Below, piece after piece: positions 20,634-31,925 of a stretch of 64,000 bases of DNA. The notes under the pieces were generated by a model. That model was not told where the DNA came from. It ran no database searches and worked only from the letters and a program-made list of their open reading frames with translations. Numbering within the stretch: position 1 is the first letter of the stretch; every line of letters begins with the position of its first letter. The translations under genes were made by a program, and so were the position numbers. The DNA is taken from contig SHZF01000002.1 of the NCBI GenBank assembly GCA_009692425.1, forward strand, positions 64,992 through 128,991, written 5' to 3'. This DNA comes from Myxococcales bacterium. GTDB taxonomy: Bacteria > Myxococcota_A > UBA9042.

Positions 20634-21323
20634 TCACGCCGCGCGAACGGTGGCTGCCAGCACATCGAGCCACGCCGCCAGCCACAGTTGCCCGCTGCCG
20701 CAGCCTGCGTCCCAGCCGGACTCCGGATGGAACTGCGAGGCCCAGATCGGCCGCTTGCGGTGGGCGATCGCTTCGACCGGCGACTCGGCGCTCGATGCGA
20801 CGACCGCGAACTCGGCCGGCACGCGCGTGAGGTGCTCGACGTGGCTCTCGAACACCTTGGCGCCGGCAGCGTCCCACCCGGCGAGACGGTTGTGTGCCGT
20901 GAGCGGAAGCCACACGGGCAGGTCGGCGGGGTGCAAAGTGACGTGCAACGGGCCGCGCACCTTGTACAGCCCTGCATAGTCGGTGCCGACCGCCGCCCCG
21001 GACACCGACCCGAGCGCGCCGCCCCACGCCAGCGCCAGCGCCTGCATGCCGCCGCAGACGCCGAGCACGGGGCCGGAGAACGTCTCGACAGCGCCGCGCA
21101 GCCACGGCAGAAAATCGCCGTCGTAGCGAGAGAACGGTGTACCTTGGGGGCCTAGGACGAGGCCGTCGCACGGCCCGATCGCCCCGCCTGCCAGCGCCGC
21201 GAACGGAACGACGTCGAGGGTCAGCGCGTGCGGCCCGAGTTCCGCGAGCGCCGCCGCGATGCGCGCGCAGCCCTGCGTCTCAGCCGGGTCGAGGTTCAAG
21301 TTGAGGACGACGATGGCAGGCAT
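20634..21323 (-). CDS. Class I glutamine amidotransferase-like protein
   Basis: PVLGVCGGMQ nucleophile Cys and SQFHPE His-Glu dyad. Confidence 0.9.
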   Translation of the reverse strand: MPAIVVLNLNLDPAETQGCARIAAALAELGPHALTLDVVPFAALAGGAIGPCDGLVLGPQGTPFSRYDGDFLPWLRGAVETFSGPVLGVCGGMQALALAWGGALGSVSGAAVGTDYAGLYKVRGPLHVTLHPADLPVWLPLTAHNRLAGWDAAGAKVFESHVEHLTRVPAEFAVVASSAESPVEAIAHRKRPIWASQFHPESGWDAGCGSGQLWLAAWLDVLAATVRAA

Positions 21324-21334
21324 GGCGCGGCGGC

Positions 21335-22855
21335 CTACATCCGGTATTCGAGCCCGATTGCGATGTGCAGGCCGCCCACCGCTTGCTCCTGGTCACTCAC
21401 CGAGTTGAAGGTGCCGACCGTCGAGACGCCGCCGCCGAAGCGCTCCAGCGTCACCATGCGCGAGCCACCGATCGCAGTCGTCAGGATGAGCGTTTCGCGC
21501 GCGCCGACCCCGTGCAGGTACGTGCGGGTGCCAAACTCCCCGAAGCTGTGACTCGGGCTGCCGCCGGCCGCGGTGAACAGGTTGATGCTGCGCCCGATCG
21601 GCATGTCGATCGACCCGTCGATCGCGCCGAACCGGAACTTGCCGCCATTGACGACGATCGTGTTCGTCAGGCGCAGGTTGAGGCCGTCTGCCGTCCCCAG
21701 CCGGAGGAACTGCAGGATCGTGGGCCCTCCACGCTCGCAGCGCACCAGGCGCGGCTGCAGCACTGTGCCCGGGGTCGGGGCAGCCTCGTCGGCGCCAGAG
21801 TCCGTCGTGCCATCGCACTCCCACGTCTGCGCACCGTAGACCGAGCGGAGCCAACCGGTGCCCACGCCGAACTCCGCGGTGTCGGCGTCATACCCGGCCA
21901 GCACCTGGAAATTCGCAAGGTTGACGCTGTGGGGCACGCTGATGCCGAGCGGAGCCAGCCGCATGTCGATGTGCAGCCAGTCCCAGTAGTGCCCCCACGC
22001 CAGTTCAGTAACGGAGCCGACGTCGATCTCGCCGAAATTGAACAGGGGCCGCAGCATCACCCGCGCGTACTGGTCGTAGCCCGCGCGCGGCGCGATGAGC
22101 GGTGTGCGCACCCACTCCTTCATCGACAGTTCGACCGTATCGCCGACGCCGGCCACGTCGCCGCGGTTCAACTCCGCAATCGCCTGCAGGCCCTCGACCT
22201 GGCGAACCTCGACGGTGGCCACCGGCGCATTCGAGACGATCTCCTCCTCCTTGCCCGTGAACAGGTTGAGGCGCATGGATTTGGCCTGGGACCGCACCAG
22301 CAACAGGTCGCCCGGCTTGACGGTGCCCGACTGGTCCAGTTCGACGAGCACGCTGCCGCGCTGCAGCGTGAGGACCTTGCCGAGCATGACGCGCACCGCC
22401 TTGCCGCTCGCGGTCGGGGCGCTGTCTGCCGTGGCCAGCGTGGAGCCCACCGCAACGGGCTGCGGCCGCCACGTAATGATCTGACCGCCGTCGCCGACCG
22501 TGAAGGCCTCGACCTTCTGCTCGGCAACCACCGCGAACACGACGCCATCGTGCACCCGCAGTTCGACAACCGGGGCGCCGAGGTCACGCTCGGACCGCTT
22601 CTGCGGCGTGCGGGGGGCGCTGACATCATAGGCAACGAGCTTGCCTTGCGCGGTCGCGCCGATGAGCAGGTTGCCAACGACGCGGTAGACGACGAGGTCG
22701 GCTGGCACCGCGACCCCAACGGATGTCGTCGTGCCTACGTTGGCAAGGGCCGGACTGGCGGCAGGAACGACCGGCTGACTGAAGGCGCTGCGCGGTGCAG
22801 CCGAGGCAAGCACGGCGACAACGGCGAAAAGGACCGCTTGGGGCTGGCTGACCAT
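21335..22855 (-). CDS. Exported hypothetical protein, C-terminal beta-rich (possibly outer-membrane) domain
   Basis: Signal peptide MVSQPQAVLFAVVAVLA; alternating beta-strand pattern in the C-terminal half ending GLEYRM; GAGAGG upstream. Confidence 0.6.
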   Translation of the reverse strand: MVSQPQAVLFAVVAVLASAAPRSAFSQPVVPAASPALANVGTTTSVGVAVPADLVVYRVVGNLLIGATAQGKLVAYDVSAPRTPQKRSERDLGAPVVELRVHDGVVFAVVAEQKVEAFTVGDGGQIITWRPQPVAVGSTLATADSAPTASGKAVRVMLGKVLTLQRGSVLVELDQSGTVKPGDLLLVRSQAKSMRLNLFTGKEEEIVSNAPVATVEVRQVEGLQAIAELNRGDVAGVGDTVELSMKEWVRTPLIAPRAGYDQYARVMLRPLFNFGEIDVGSVTELAWGHYWDWLHIDMRLAPLGISVPHSVNLANFQVLAGYDADTAEFGVGTGWLRSVYGAQTWECDGTTDSGADEAAPTPGTVLQPRLVRCERGGPTILQFLRLGTADGLNLRLTNTIVVNGGKFRFGAIDGSIDMPIGRSINLFTAAGGSPSHSFGEFGTRTYLHGVGARETLILTTAIGGSRMVTLERFGGGVSTVGTFNSVSDQEQAVGGLHIAIGLEYRM

Positions 22856-22868
22856 GGGGAAACCTCTC

Positions 22869-24533
22869 TCACCGGATCCAGATTTGCCCCTGCAGCACCG
22901 CGGTCGGCGGATTCGGCTGGGGCGTCCACGGATAGTGGTAATAGCCCGCGCCAGCGTGGATGCTCGGCGCGGCACCCTGGGATAGTCCGAAGCCGATGCC
23001 AGCGTCCTGGCTGTCTGACGCGTCGTTGTCCGCAGTAAAGCCGAAGCGGGCACCGCCATGTGAATTCGTGCCCGTGTGCCAGCCGAAGCGATGCCACGCG
23101 TAGGCGCCCCACACGCCACCGGCGGGGATCGATTTCCAAGTCGCGGTCAGCAGGTTGTTCGTGGCTTGCGCGGAACTCAGCGGTGCGCCGTTGGCGAGGT
23201 TCCGGGCCGTCTTGGCGGCATGGCTGACCGTCTCGCACGCATAGCCGACGCCGCTGTGGCGCAGGATGCACGCCCGCGTTTGCGTCGCCGCCAGTTTGTA
23301 GAAGGCGCGCGACACGGTATCGGCGTTGTCCAACGGCATGGGCACGGCGTCGCCCGGAACGTCGGTGTTGGTCCAGACCTCGTTGGTGTAGCCCCAGGGC
23401 GACTTGTCCGAGGTCTTGAGCGCGAGCGCCCAGCCGCCGCCCTTCTGGTCGCAGTACACCTTGAACGCCGGCGCCGCGTTGTCGGGCTTGAGCCAGTACA
23501 CGCCGTCGTCCGCCGCGCCAAGGTCGGCGAGGTCCTTGCACGACAGGCCCGGATTGCTCGCGTCGGTGCCCGCGCTAGCGACTTTAGCGAACACCTGCCA
23601 TTTCTTGCCGTTGCAGATCACGAGGGTGGTGGCGGCCGTGTTGTAGTATACTAGCCCAAGCGTGGCCGGCTCGCACGCGGCGACGTCCTTGTCGGCGTTC
23701 TGGAAGCGGAACAACAGCGCTTGGTTCATGTTGAACTGGACGTCTTTGCCAAACGCCTGTGCGCCGAGCCACGCGTTGTCCTTCGCCAGTGCGCCGTAGC
23801 CGGACAGGTCGGGACCACCGGCCAGGTCGGCGAACTGCCCCGACACCGCGACGGAGGCCAGTTGCTTGGTGCTGACGAGGTCTGCGGCAAACGTCGGCGC
23901 GACGGCCGTGGCCTTGACGCAACCGGAGCATTGCAAGCCCAATGCCAGCTTGGCCTCGTCGGTTGTCGCGGCAAAGTCGGCCACCTTGGCGCTGTCGGCG
24001 GACTTCGCGCTCCAGGCGGCGCCGCCTTTGGATTCCGAGCCCGCATACGCGAAGGCGACGTGTTGGGCCAACACCGCGCCTGCCGCCAGCATTGAGCCGT
24101 CGACGCACGCGCTGCACTGCAAGCTGGCTGCCACCTTGGCCGCCCGCGCCCAAACCGCTTGGGGCACATCGTGCAAGCGCACCCGCGGCAGTTCGGGGCC
24201 GGCGCCGACCGTGACGCCCAGCCAGCGCGCCTCGCCGTTGAAGACCTTGTCGGGCAAAGGAGTCTTCAGGTCGTCGAACAGTTCGACCGAGGCGAAGCCG
24301 CCCTGGACCGGTACCGCGATGAAGAGCTTTTCGGCCAATGGCGTGCCACCCGTTGCTGCGTCGTGGATCTGGACCGACATGCCATAGTCGCCGTCGGGCA
24401 CGGGGCCGCCGGCCAGCGTGCGCAGGAGGAGTTGGACGCCGAGGATGGGGGCGCCGGGCGCGGCCATGGCGGGCGCGGCGGCGCACAGCAGCAGCGCGAG
24501 CAGGCTGGCGAACGGGCGGGGCCGAGATAGCAT
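22869..24533 (-). CDS. Secreted protein with fibre-like stalk and C-terminal fibrinogen-like domain
   Basis: AAGGAGG RBS; signal peptide; LQCSACV and LQCSGCV repeats; GLSCKDL...DGVYWL...FKVYCD..GGGWAL fibrinogen-type motif. Confidence 0.75.
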   Translation of the reverse strand: MLSRPRPFASLLALLLCAAAPAMAAPGAPILGVQLLLRTLAGGPVPDGDYGMSVQIHDAATGGTPLAEKLFIAVPVQGGFASVELFDDLKTPLPDKVFNGEARWLGVTVGAGPELPRVRLHDVPQAVWARAAKVAASLQCSACVDGSMLAAGAVLAQHVAFAYAGSESKGGAAWSAKSADSAKVADFAATTDEAKLALGLQCSGCVKATAVAPTFAADLVSTKQLASVAVSGQFADLAGGPDLSGYGALAKDNAWLGAQAFGKDVQFNMNQALLFRFQNADKDVAACEPATLGLVYYNTAATTLVICNGKKWQVFAKVASAGTDASNPGLSCKDLADLGAADDGVYWLKPDNAAPAFKVYCDQKGGGWALALKTSDKSPWGYTNEVWTNTDVPGDAVPMPLDNADTVSRAFYKLAATQTRACILRHSGVGYACETVSHAAKTARNLANGAPLSSAQATNNLLTATWKSIPAGGVWGAYAWHRFGWHTGTNSHGGARFGFTADNDASDSQDAGIGFGLSQGAAPSIHAGAGYYHYPWTPQPNPPTAVLQGQIWIR

Positions 24534-24656
24534 GGTGCCTCCTTGGGGCCAGAGTGTGGACGATCGCCGTGCGCCGACGCAAGGCACGATTGATCCCCCG
24601 ACCCGCTGGCGATGGAGGCTGCGCGGCGATAGGCTGGCACCTGCGCCGGAGGCCCA

Positions 24657-27449
24657 ATGCGACAAATCCTGAACGATTTCGATGCACGTTGGCTCCTGCT
24701 GCTTGCCTGTCTCGGCGGCTGTGGCAACGAAGACGCCCCGGTCGTCGGCGGCGGCGTCGACCCGACCGACAGCCGCAGCGACGTGGGCGGTGCGCTCGAT
24801 GGAGCCCTCCCGACCGACACCGCCTCGGCTTCGACTGCGACGAAGGATGCCGACACAGCACTCAGTAGCGCTCCCGGCACCGACCCTGCTGCTGACGCTG
24901 CTGCAGACGTGCCTTCGGACTCCGCGCCGGCAGACACCGCTCCCGTCGATGCCGGCTGCACGTCTGTAGCGGCCTGCCCGGCCGGCCCTACGCCATGCCA
25001 GGTCGCGACTTGCCTGGGTGGTGCGTGCGGCCTGGCGGTGGCCGCGGACGGCATCCCGTGCACCGACGGCAATGCGTGCTCTGTCGGCGATGCGTGCAAG
25101 AACGGCACGTGCCAGCCCGGCGCGCCGGTGGCCTGCAACGACGGCAACCCGTGCACCGCCGATTCGTGTGCCGCGGCAGTCGGCTGCCTCTCCCAGGAGA
25201 CGACCCAGACCTGCGACGACAACAACCTCTGCACCGGCGGCCCCGGCGCGGGCGGCCAGGGCGGCGATGCCTGCGCCGGCGGCAACTGTGTGCCCGGCCC
25301 GGCGCTCGATTGCCAAGACACCAACCCTTGCACGACCGACAGTTGCAGTCCGTCCGTCGGCTGCGTCCACGCGCCCAGCAGCCAGCCCTGCCAGGACGGC
25401 AACGCGTGCACCGTCGGCGACACTTGCCTCAACAGCGCTTGCGGTCCCGGCGCGGCGACAGTTTGCAACGACGGCAACCCCTGCACCGACGATGCGTGCC
25501 AGCCGGGGGTCGGCTGCGCGTTCAGCCCCAGTTCCAAGCTCTGCGACGACAACAACGCGTGCACGTCGGGCGACCTCTGCAAGAGTGGCACCTGCGTTGC
25601 CGGCGTGCCGCCTGCGTGCGACGACCAGAACCCGTGCACGACGGAAACCTGCGACCCCAGCCAGGGCTGCAAGAACATTGCCAACTCGCTGCCTTGCGAC
25701 GACGGGAGCGCATGCACGGCAGGCGACCTGTGCAATGGCGGCAGTTGCGTTCCCGGCAAGCCCGTCACCTGCAACGACGGCAACCCGTGCACCGACGATG
25801 GCTGCGCCAAGGCGAGCGGCTGCAGCTTTCAGGCCAGCACGGCAACATGTGACGACGGCAACGGCTGTAGCCTGCTCGATGCGTGCAAGGACGGCGTGTG
25901 CCTGTCCGGCGTCGCCAAGGCCTGCGACGACGCCAACGACTGCACCACCGACGCCTGTGTGCCGGCCAAGGGCTGCGTATCTACCGCCAACGGTCTGCCC
26001 TGCAACGACGGGAGTGTGTGCTCGGTGGGTGACGTGTGTCAGGGTGGCTCGTGCGTGCCGGGCAAGGCGGTCGCGTGCCAGGACGGCAGCCCGTGCACGA
26101 ACGACGCGTGCGACCCGGGCAAGGGCTGCGTGTTCCCGGTCAACGCGGCCCCGTGCAGTGACGGCAACGTCTGTACGCTCGGCGACGGGTGCACGGGCGG
26201 CCTGTGCGGTGCCGGCTCGCTGAAGGTTTGCGACGACGCCAACTTGTGCACCAGCGACGCCTGCCACCCGCTCGACGGTTGCGTGGCACCGGCCAACGCG
26301 CTGCCGTGCGACGACGGCTCGGCCTGTACCAATGGAGACGCTTGCGCGGGCGGCAAGTGCGTCCCCGGCAAGGCCGTCGCGTGCATCGACGGCAACCTCT
26401 GCAGCGACGACACGTGCGACGCGGGCGTAGGCTGCGTGTTTCCGCCCAATGCCGTCACCTGCAGCGACGCCAACGCGTGCACGGGCGGCGATGTCTGCCA
26501 GGCCGGCGGTTGCGTCGGCAAGGCCTTGAACTGCGACGACGGCAACGGATGCACGAGCGACTACTGCGACGCCCAGAAAGGCTGCCAGACGCTCGTCAAC
26601 GCGGCGGTGTGCAGCGACGGTTCCGCGTGCACCGCCGGCGACGTCTGCACGGGCGGGGCTTGCAAGGGCAACGCCATCAACTGCGACGACGCCAATGCCT
26701 GCACCATCGATGCTTGCGACCTCGCCAAGGGCTGCACGCAGACCCACGCTGGCGACGGCGCGACCTGCCCCGGCGGCACGTGCAAGGCGGGCGATTGCCT
26801 GCTCAGCGGGCTCATCGCCCACTACGCGTTCGACGAAGGCAGCGGCCTCAAGTTCCTCGACAGTTCCGGCAACGGCAACGACGGCACCCACAACGCGGCC
26901 TACGTGCTCGGCAAGAAGGGCAAGGCGCTGTCTTTCGGCGGCAGCGCGCTCGGCAAGGTCCAAGGTGCAGGCCCGACGTTCACCTGGGGCGCGGAGAACG
27001 CCGACTACAGCGTTGCCTACTGGATCTTCATCGTCGCCGCGCAGCCCAACTGGGTCGCTCCGTTCCACAAGTCGAACCTGGGTGGTGGCGATTGCTGCCA
27101 GGGCGGCCAGCGTGCGCCCGCCCAATTCTTTATCCCGGGCAAGACGAACCTGATCTGCGTGATGGCGACGGCCGCCGCCGCCAACCACTACAACGGCGTC
27201 GGCACGGGGAACTTGCCGATCGGGCAATGGACGCACTTTGCGGCGGTGCACGCCGATGGAGCGCAGTTGTTGTACCTGAACGGCAAGCTGGTGCTGACGG
27301 ATGTGCTGGGGAGTGCCACCGTGGGCGGGCCGGGGTTGCTGTTCCTGGGCGGCGACGGGTACTACAGCGCGCTGAACGGGTACATGGATGAGGTCAAGAT
27401 CTACAGCCGGGCATTGACGGCGGGCGAAGTGGCGGCAGATGCGCTGTAG
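24657..27449 (+). CDS. Lipoprotein with tandem Cys-rich repeats and C-terminal LamG-like domain
   Basis: GGAGG RBS; lipobox CLGGC; 11 repeats of about 51 aa with 8 Cys each (CxDGNxCTxGDxCxxGxC...CxDGNPCTxDxC...GC); GLIAHYAFDEG...WTHFAAV...GYMDEVKIYSRALT. Confidence 0.88.
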   Translation: MRQILNDFDARWLLLLACLGGCGNEDAPVVGGGVDPTDSRSDVGGALDGALPTDTASASTATKDADTALSSAPGTDPAADAAADVPSDSAPADTAPVDAGCTSVAACPAGPTPCQVATCLGGACGLAVAADGIPCTDGNACSVGDACKNGTCQPGAPVACNDGNPCTADSCAAAVGCLSQETTQTCDDNNLCTGGPGAGGQGGDACAGGNCVPGPALDCQDTNPCTTDSCSPSVGCVHAPSSQPCQDGNACTVGDTCLNSACGPGAATVCNDGNPCTDDACQPGVGCAFSPSSKLCDDNNACTSGDLCKSGTCVAGVPPACDDQNPCTTETCDPSQGCKNIANSLPCDDGSACTAGDLCNGGSCVPGKPVTCNDGNPCTDDGCAKASGCSFQASTATCDDGNGCSLLDACKDGVCLSGVAKACDDANDCTTDACVPAKGCVSTANGLPCNDGSVCSVGDVCQGGSCVPGKAVACQDGSPCTNDACDPGKGCVFPVNAAPCSDGNVCTLGDGCTGGLCGAGSLKVCDDANLCTSDACHPLDGCVAPANALPCDDGSACTNGDACAGGKCVPGKAVACIDGNLCSDDTCDAGVGCVFPPNAVTCSDANACTGGDVCQAGGCVGKALNCDDGNGCTSDYCDAQKGCQTLVNAAVCSDGSACTAGDVCTGGACKGNAINCDDANACTIDACDLAKGCTQTHAGDGATCPGGTCKAGDCLLSGLIAHYAFDEGSGLKFLDSSGNGNDGTHNAAYVLGKKGKALSFGGSALGKVQGAGPTFTWGAENADYSVAYWIFIVAAQPNWVAPFHKSNLGGGDCCQGGQRAPAQFFIPGKTNLICVMATAAAANHYNGVGTGNLPIGQWTHFAAVHADGAQLLYLNGKLVLTDVLGSATVGGPGLLFLGGDGYYSALNGYMDEVKIYSRALTAGEVAADAL

Positions 27450-27679
27450 GCGACGTTTTTCGCGCCGTCCCTACTTGCCGGGACCGCAGCCGAACGGCTC
27501 GGGCGAGGTGGCGGCGACGTCGCGAGCGCACGTTTGGCAGCGCGGCCGGCAAGAACACGGCGATGCCTCCCGGTCCCGAGGACCCGACGCAGGCCGAGCG
27601 CGACGAGTTTGGCAACCCAGCAACGAAAACGGCGCCAGTTCAAGACCACCGGGATGTCGAGTTGTTTTCGTCGGCGCCC

Positions 27680-28376
27680 TTACTCCCCCAAATAGGCCGC
27701 CTGCACCCGCGCATCCGCCAAAAGCCGCGCGGCATCATCGACCATCGTCACCTGGCCCGTCTCCAGCACGTAGCCCCGGTGCGCGGTCTTCAGCGCCATC
27801 CGTGCATTCTGCTCCACCAGCAGGATCGTCGTGCCGGCCTCGTTCAGCGTGCGGATCACCTCAAAAATCCGCTTCACGATCAACGGTGCCAGCCCCAGCG
27901 ACGGCTCATCCAACAAAAGCAGCCGCGGCCGGGCCATCATCGCGCGCCCGACCGCCAACATCTGCTGCTCTCCACCCGACAGCGTGCCCGCCACTTGTTG
28001 GGCGCGTTCCAGCAGGATCGGGAACAGCCCGTAGACCCGCTCGAAATCGGCCCGGATGCCGTCCTTGTCCTTGCGCGTGAACGCCCCCATCTCGAGGTTC
28101 TCGGCGACCGTCATGCGGGGAAACACGCGGCGGCCCTCCGGCGCCATCACCAATCCACGCCGCACGATGTCGTGGGCCGGCACGCGCGCGAGGTCCTCGC
28201 CGTCGAAACGGACACTGCCCGACTTCGGCTTGAGCAGGCCCGCGATGCAGTTCAGGGTGGTGGTCTTGCCTGCGCCGTTCGCGCCGATCAACGTGACGAT
28301 TTCGCCGGAGCGCACGTCGAGCGTGACACCGTTGACCGCCAGGATGGCACCGTAGGCCGCATGCAGGTCGCGCACT

Positions 28377-28384
<8 letters not shown>
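27680..28384 (-). CDS. livF: Branched-chain amino acid ABC transporter ATP-binding protein
   Basis: GANGAGKTT, PEGRRVF, LSGGEQQML, LLLDEPSLGLAP, VEQNA. Confidence 0.93.
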
Positions 28385-29809
<1,425 letters not shown>

Positions 29810-29813
<4 letters not shown>

Positions 29814-30925
29814 GCGGGACCGCCGCTCGATTCATGCAGTTCTTCGCGCACCCGCGACGACGGCCACAGGCCTTCAGGGCGCCAGCGCATCATCAGGACC
29901 AGGGCCACGCCAAACACGATCCAGCGCCAGTTGCTGAACGATGCCATGACATGACTGGACTCCCCGCCGATGGCCTGCTGTACCAGCCGCGTCAGCAACG
30001 GCGACGCCACGTTGTCGAAGCCCAGCAGCAGCAACGCTCCCAGCAACGCGCCGCGCAGGGAGCCGAGGCCGCCGATGATGAGGCAGCACAGGACCATGAT
30101 GCTGTAGTTGAAATCGTACGTGTTCGGTTCCGCCGTCGTTGTCAGGTTCGTCGCGTAGAGGCACCCCGCCGCGCCCGCCAAAGCTGCGCCGCCCGCAAAT
30201 GCCGCCAGCTTGATGCGCGCCGGGTCCAAGCCCATGCAGGCTGCCGCCAGCGCGTCCTCCCGCAGCGCCACGAAGCGGCGGCCCGCGCGCGACTGCTCCA
30301 GCAACCGGAAACACACGACGGCAGCGACGAGGCAGCCCAACGCCAGATAGTACATCGTGCGGAGCTGGCCCTCCGAAGCGCCGCCCGCGCCGCCCAACTG
30401 TTCGCGCAGGGCCGGGGGCAGCCACGGCTCGGGGATGGGATTGAGGCCGCGCGGGCCGTCGGTGATGTTCTCCAGGTTCAGCAGCACCACGCGCATCACC
30501 TCGCCGAAGCCGAGCGTGACGATGGCGAGGTAATCGCCGCGCAGGCGCAGCGTCGGCGCTCCCAGCAAAAGGCCTGCCGCACCGGCGGCGACCGGGGCCA
30601 ACAACAGCGCGCCCCACAGGCCGACCTGGAACGGGTACTTCTCGACCGTGACCACGCCCGTCGTCATCGCACCGATCGCGAAGAACGCCGCGACGCCCAG
30701 TTGCAAGAGGCCCGCGTAGCCGACCTGCACGTTCAGCGCGAGTGCCAGCAGGCCGAAGATGAACACGTTGACGAGCTGGCGGTCGATGCGCACGGCCTGG
30801 CCCGTCGCCGCTTCGATGCCCCAGTCGAGCACGGGCAGGAACGGATAGGCCAGCAGGATCGCCAACGCAATCGTTTCGAAGCGCAGCCAGCGCCGCCAGG
30901 GCAGGGTTCCGCCAGCCGGAGCCAT
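29810..30925 (-). CDS. livM: Branched-chain amino acid ABC transporter permease
   Basis: LNVQVGYAGLLQLG, LRLRGDYLAIVTLGFGE, IIGGLGS. Confidence 0.92.
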
Positions 30926-30928
30926 CGG

Positions 30929-31897
30929 TTACACCTTCTCCCGCGCGGTCGAGCCGAGCAGGCCCGCGGGCCGGAACACCAGGATCACGATGAGGATGCC
31001 GAACAGCACCGCCGGCTGCCACTGCGCGCCGATGAACTGGTCGGAGAACGCGCGCACCAGCCCCAGCACCAGGCCGCCGAGCACCGCGCCGGGGATGTTG
31101 CCGATGCCGCCGACGACCGCCGCCGTGAACGCATACAGGCCGTTCTGGTAGCCCATCTGGTAGTGGATCGTGTTGATGTAGAGGCTGTACACGACGGCAG
31201 CGACGCCCGCCAACGCGCCGCCGATCAGGAACGTCGCTCCGACCACTTTGTCGACGTCGATGCCCATGAGTCGCGCGGCGTTCGGGTCCTGTGCGGTCGC
31301 CCGCATCGCCTTGCCGAGTTTCGTATGGCGCACGAGGCCGTAGAGCGCGGCCATGATCACGACCGACGCGCCCATGACGAGCAGGTCCTTGGGGAGCAGG
31401 GTCAGCTTCGTTTCCACGCCGAACAAGCTCGCCGCCAGGTTCGTCTGGGGCAGGATGTCTGGAAAGGCCTTGGGCGCCGCCGCCTGGCCACCGCCGCCGA
31501 ACACGGCCATGGCACTGCCACCCCAGAACAGGCCCACGTTCTGCAAGATGAACGACACACCGATCGCCGACACGAGCGGCGCGAGCTTCGGTGCCCGCCG
31601 CAGCGGCCGATACACGACCCGGTCGATGGCATAGTTCAGGCCGCCGGCAAACAGCGCGCACGCGACCACGATGCCCAGCAGGAGCGCAGCCAGCGTGCCG
31701 GGCGGGGTCTGCTGCGTCACGTCGAGGGCGCCGACCAACGTCAAGGCGAGGAACGCCGCCAGCATGAACACGTCGCCGTGGGCGAAATTGATGAACTCCA
31801 GAATGCCGTACACCATCGTGTAGCCCAAGGCCACGAGCGCGAACACCATGCCGTTGGTCAGGCCGATGATAAGTTGCTGTGCGATGGTGTCGAACAC
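30929..31897 (-). CDS. livH: Branched-chain amino acid ABC transporter permease
   Basis: GTG start; ALVALGYTMVYGILEFINFAHGD, GKAMRA, AFTAAVVGGIG. Confidence 0.93.
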   Translation of the reverse strand: MFDTIAQQLIIGLTNGMVFALVALGYTMVYGILEFINFAHGDVFMLAAFLALTLVGALDVTQQTPPGTLAALLLGIVVACALFAGGLNYAIDRVVYRPLRRAPKLAPLVSAIGVSFILQNVGLFWGGSAMAVFGGGGQAAAPKAFPDILPQTNLAASLFGVETKLTLLPKDLLVMGASVVIMAALYGLVRHTKLGKAMRATAQDPNAARLMGIDVDKVVGATFLIGGALAGVAAVVYSLYINTIHYQMGYQNGLYAFTAAVVGGIGNIPGAVLGGLVLGLVRAFSDQFIGAQWQPAVLFGILIVILVFRPAGLLGSTAREKV

Positions 31898-31925
31898 GGG
31901 TCGAGATCGCCTTTCGCCGCCGGAA

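Noticed and set aside
24534-27251. 1460-aa minus-strand ORF 22869-27251
   Set aside because: Its upstream ~900 codons are the antisense shadow of the Cys-repeat gene. The real gene starts at 24533 after AAGGAGG.
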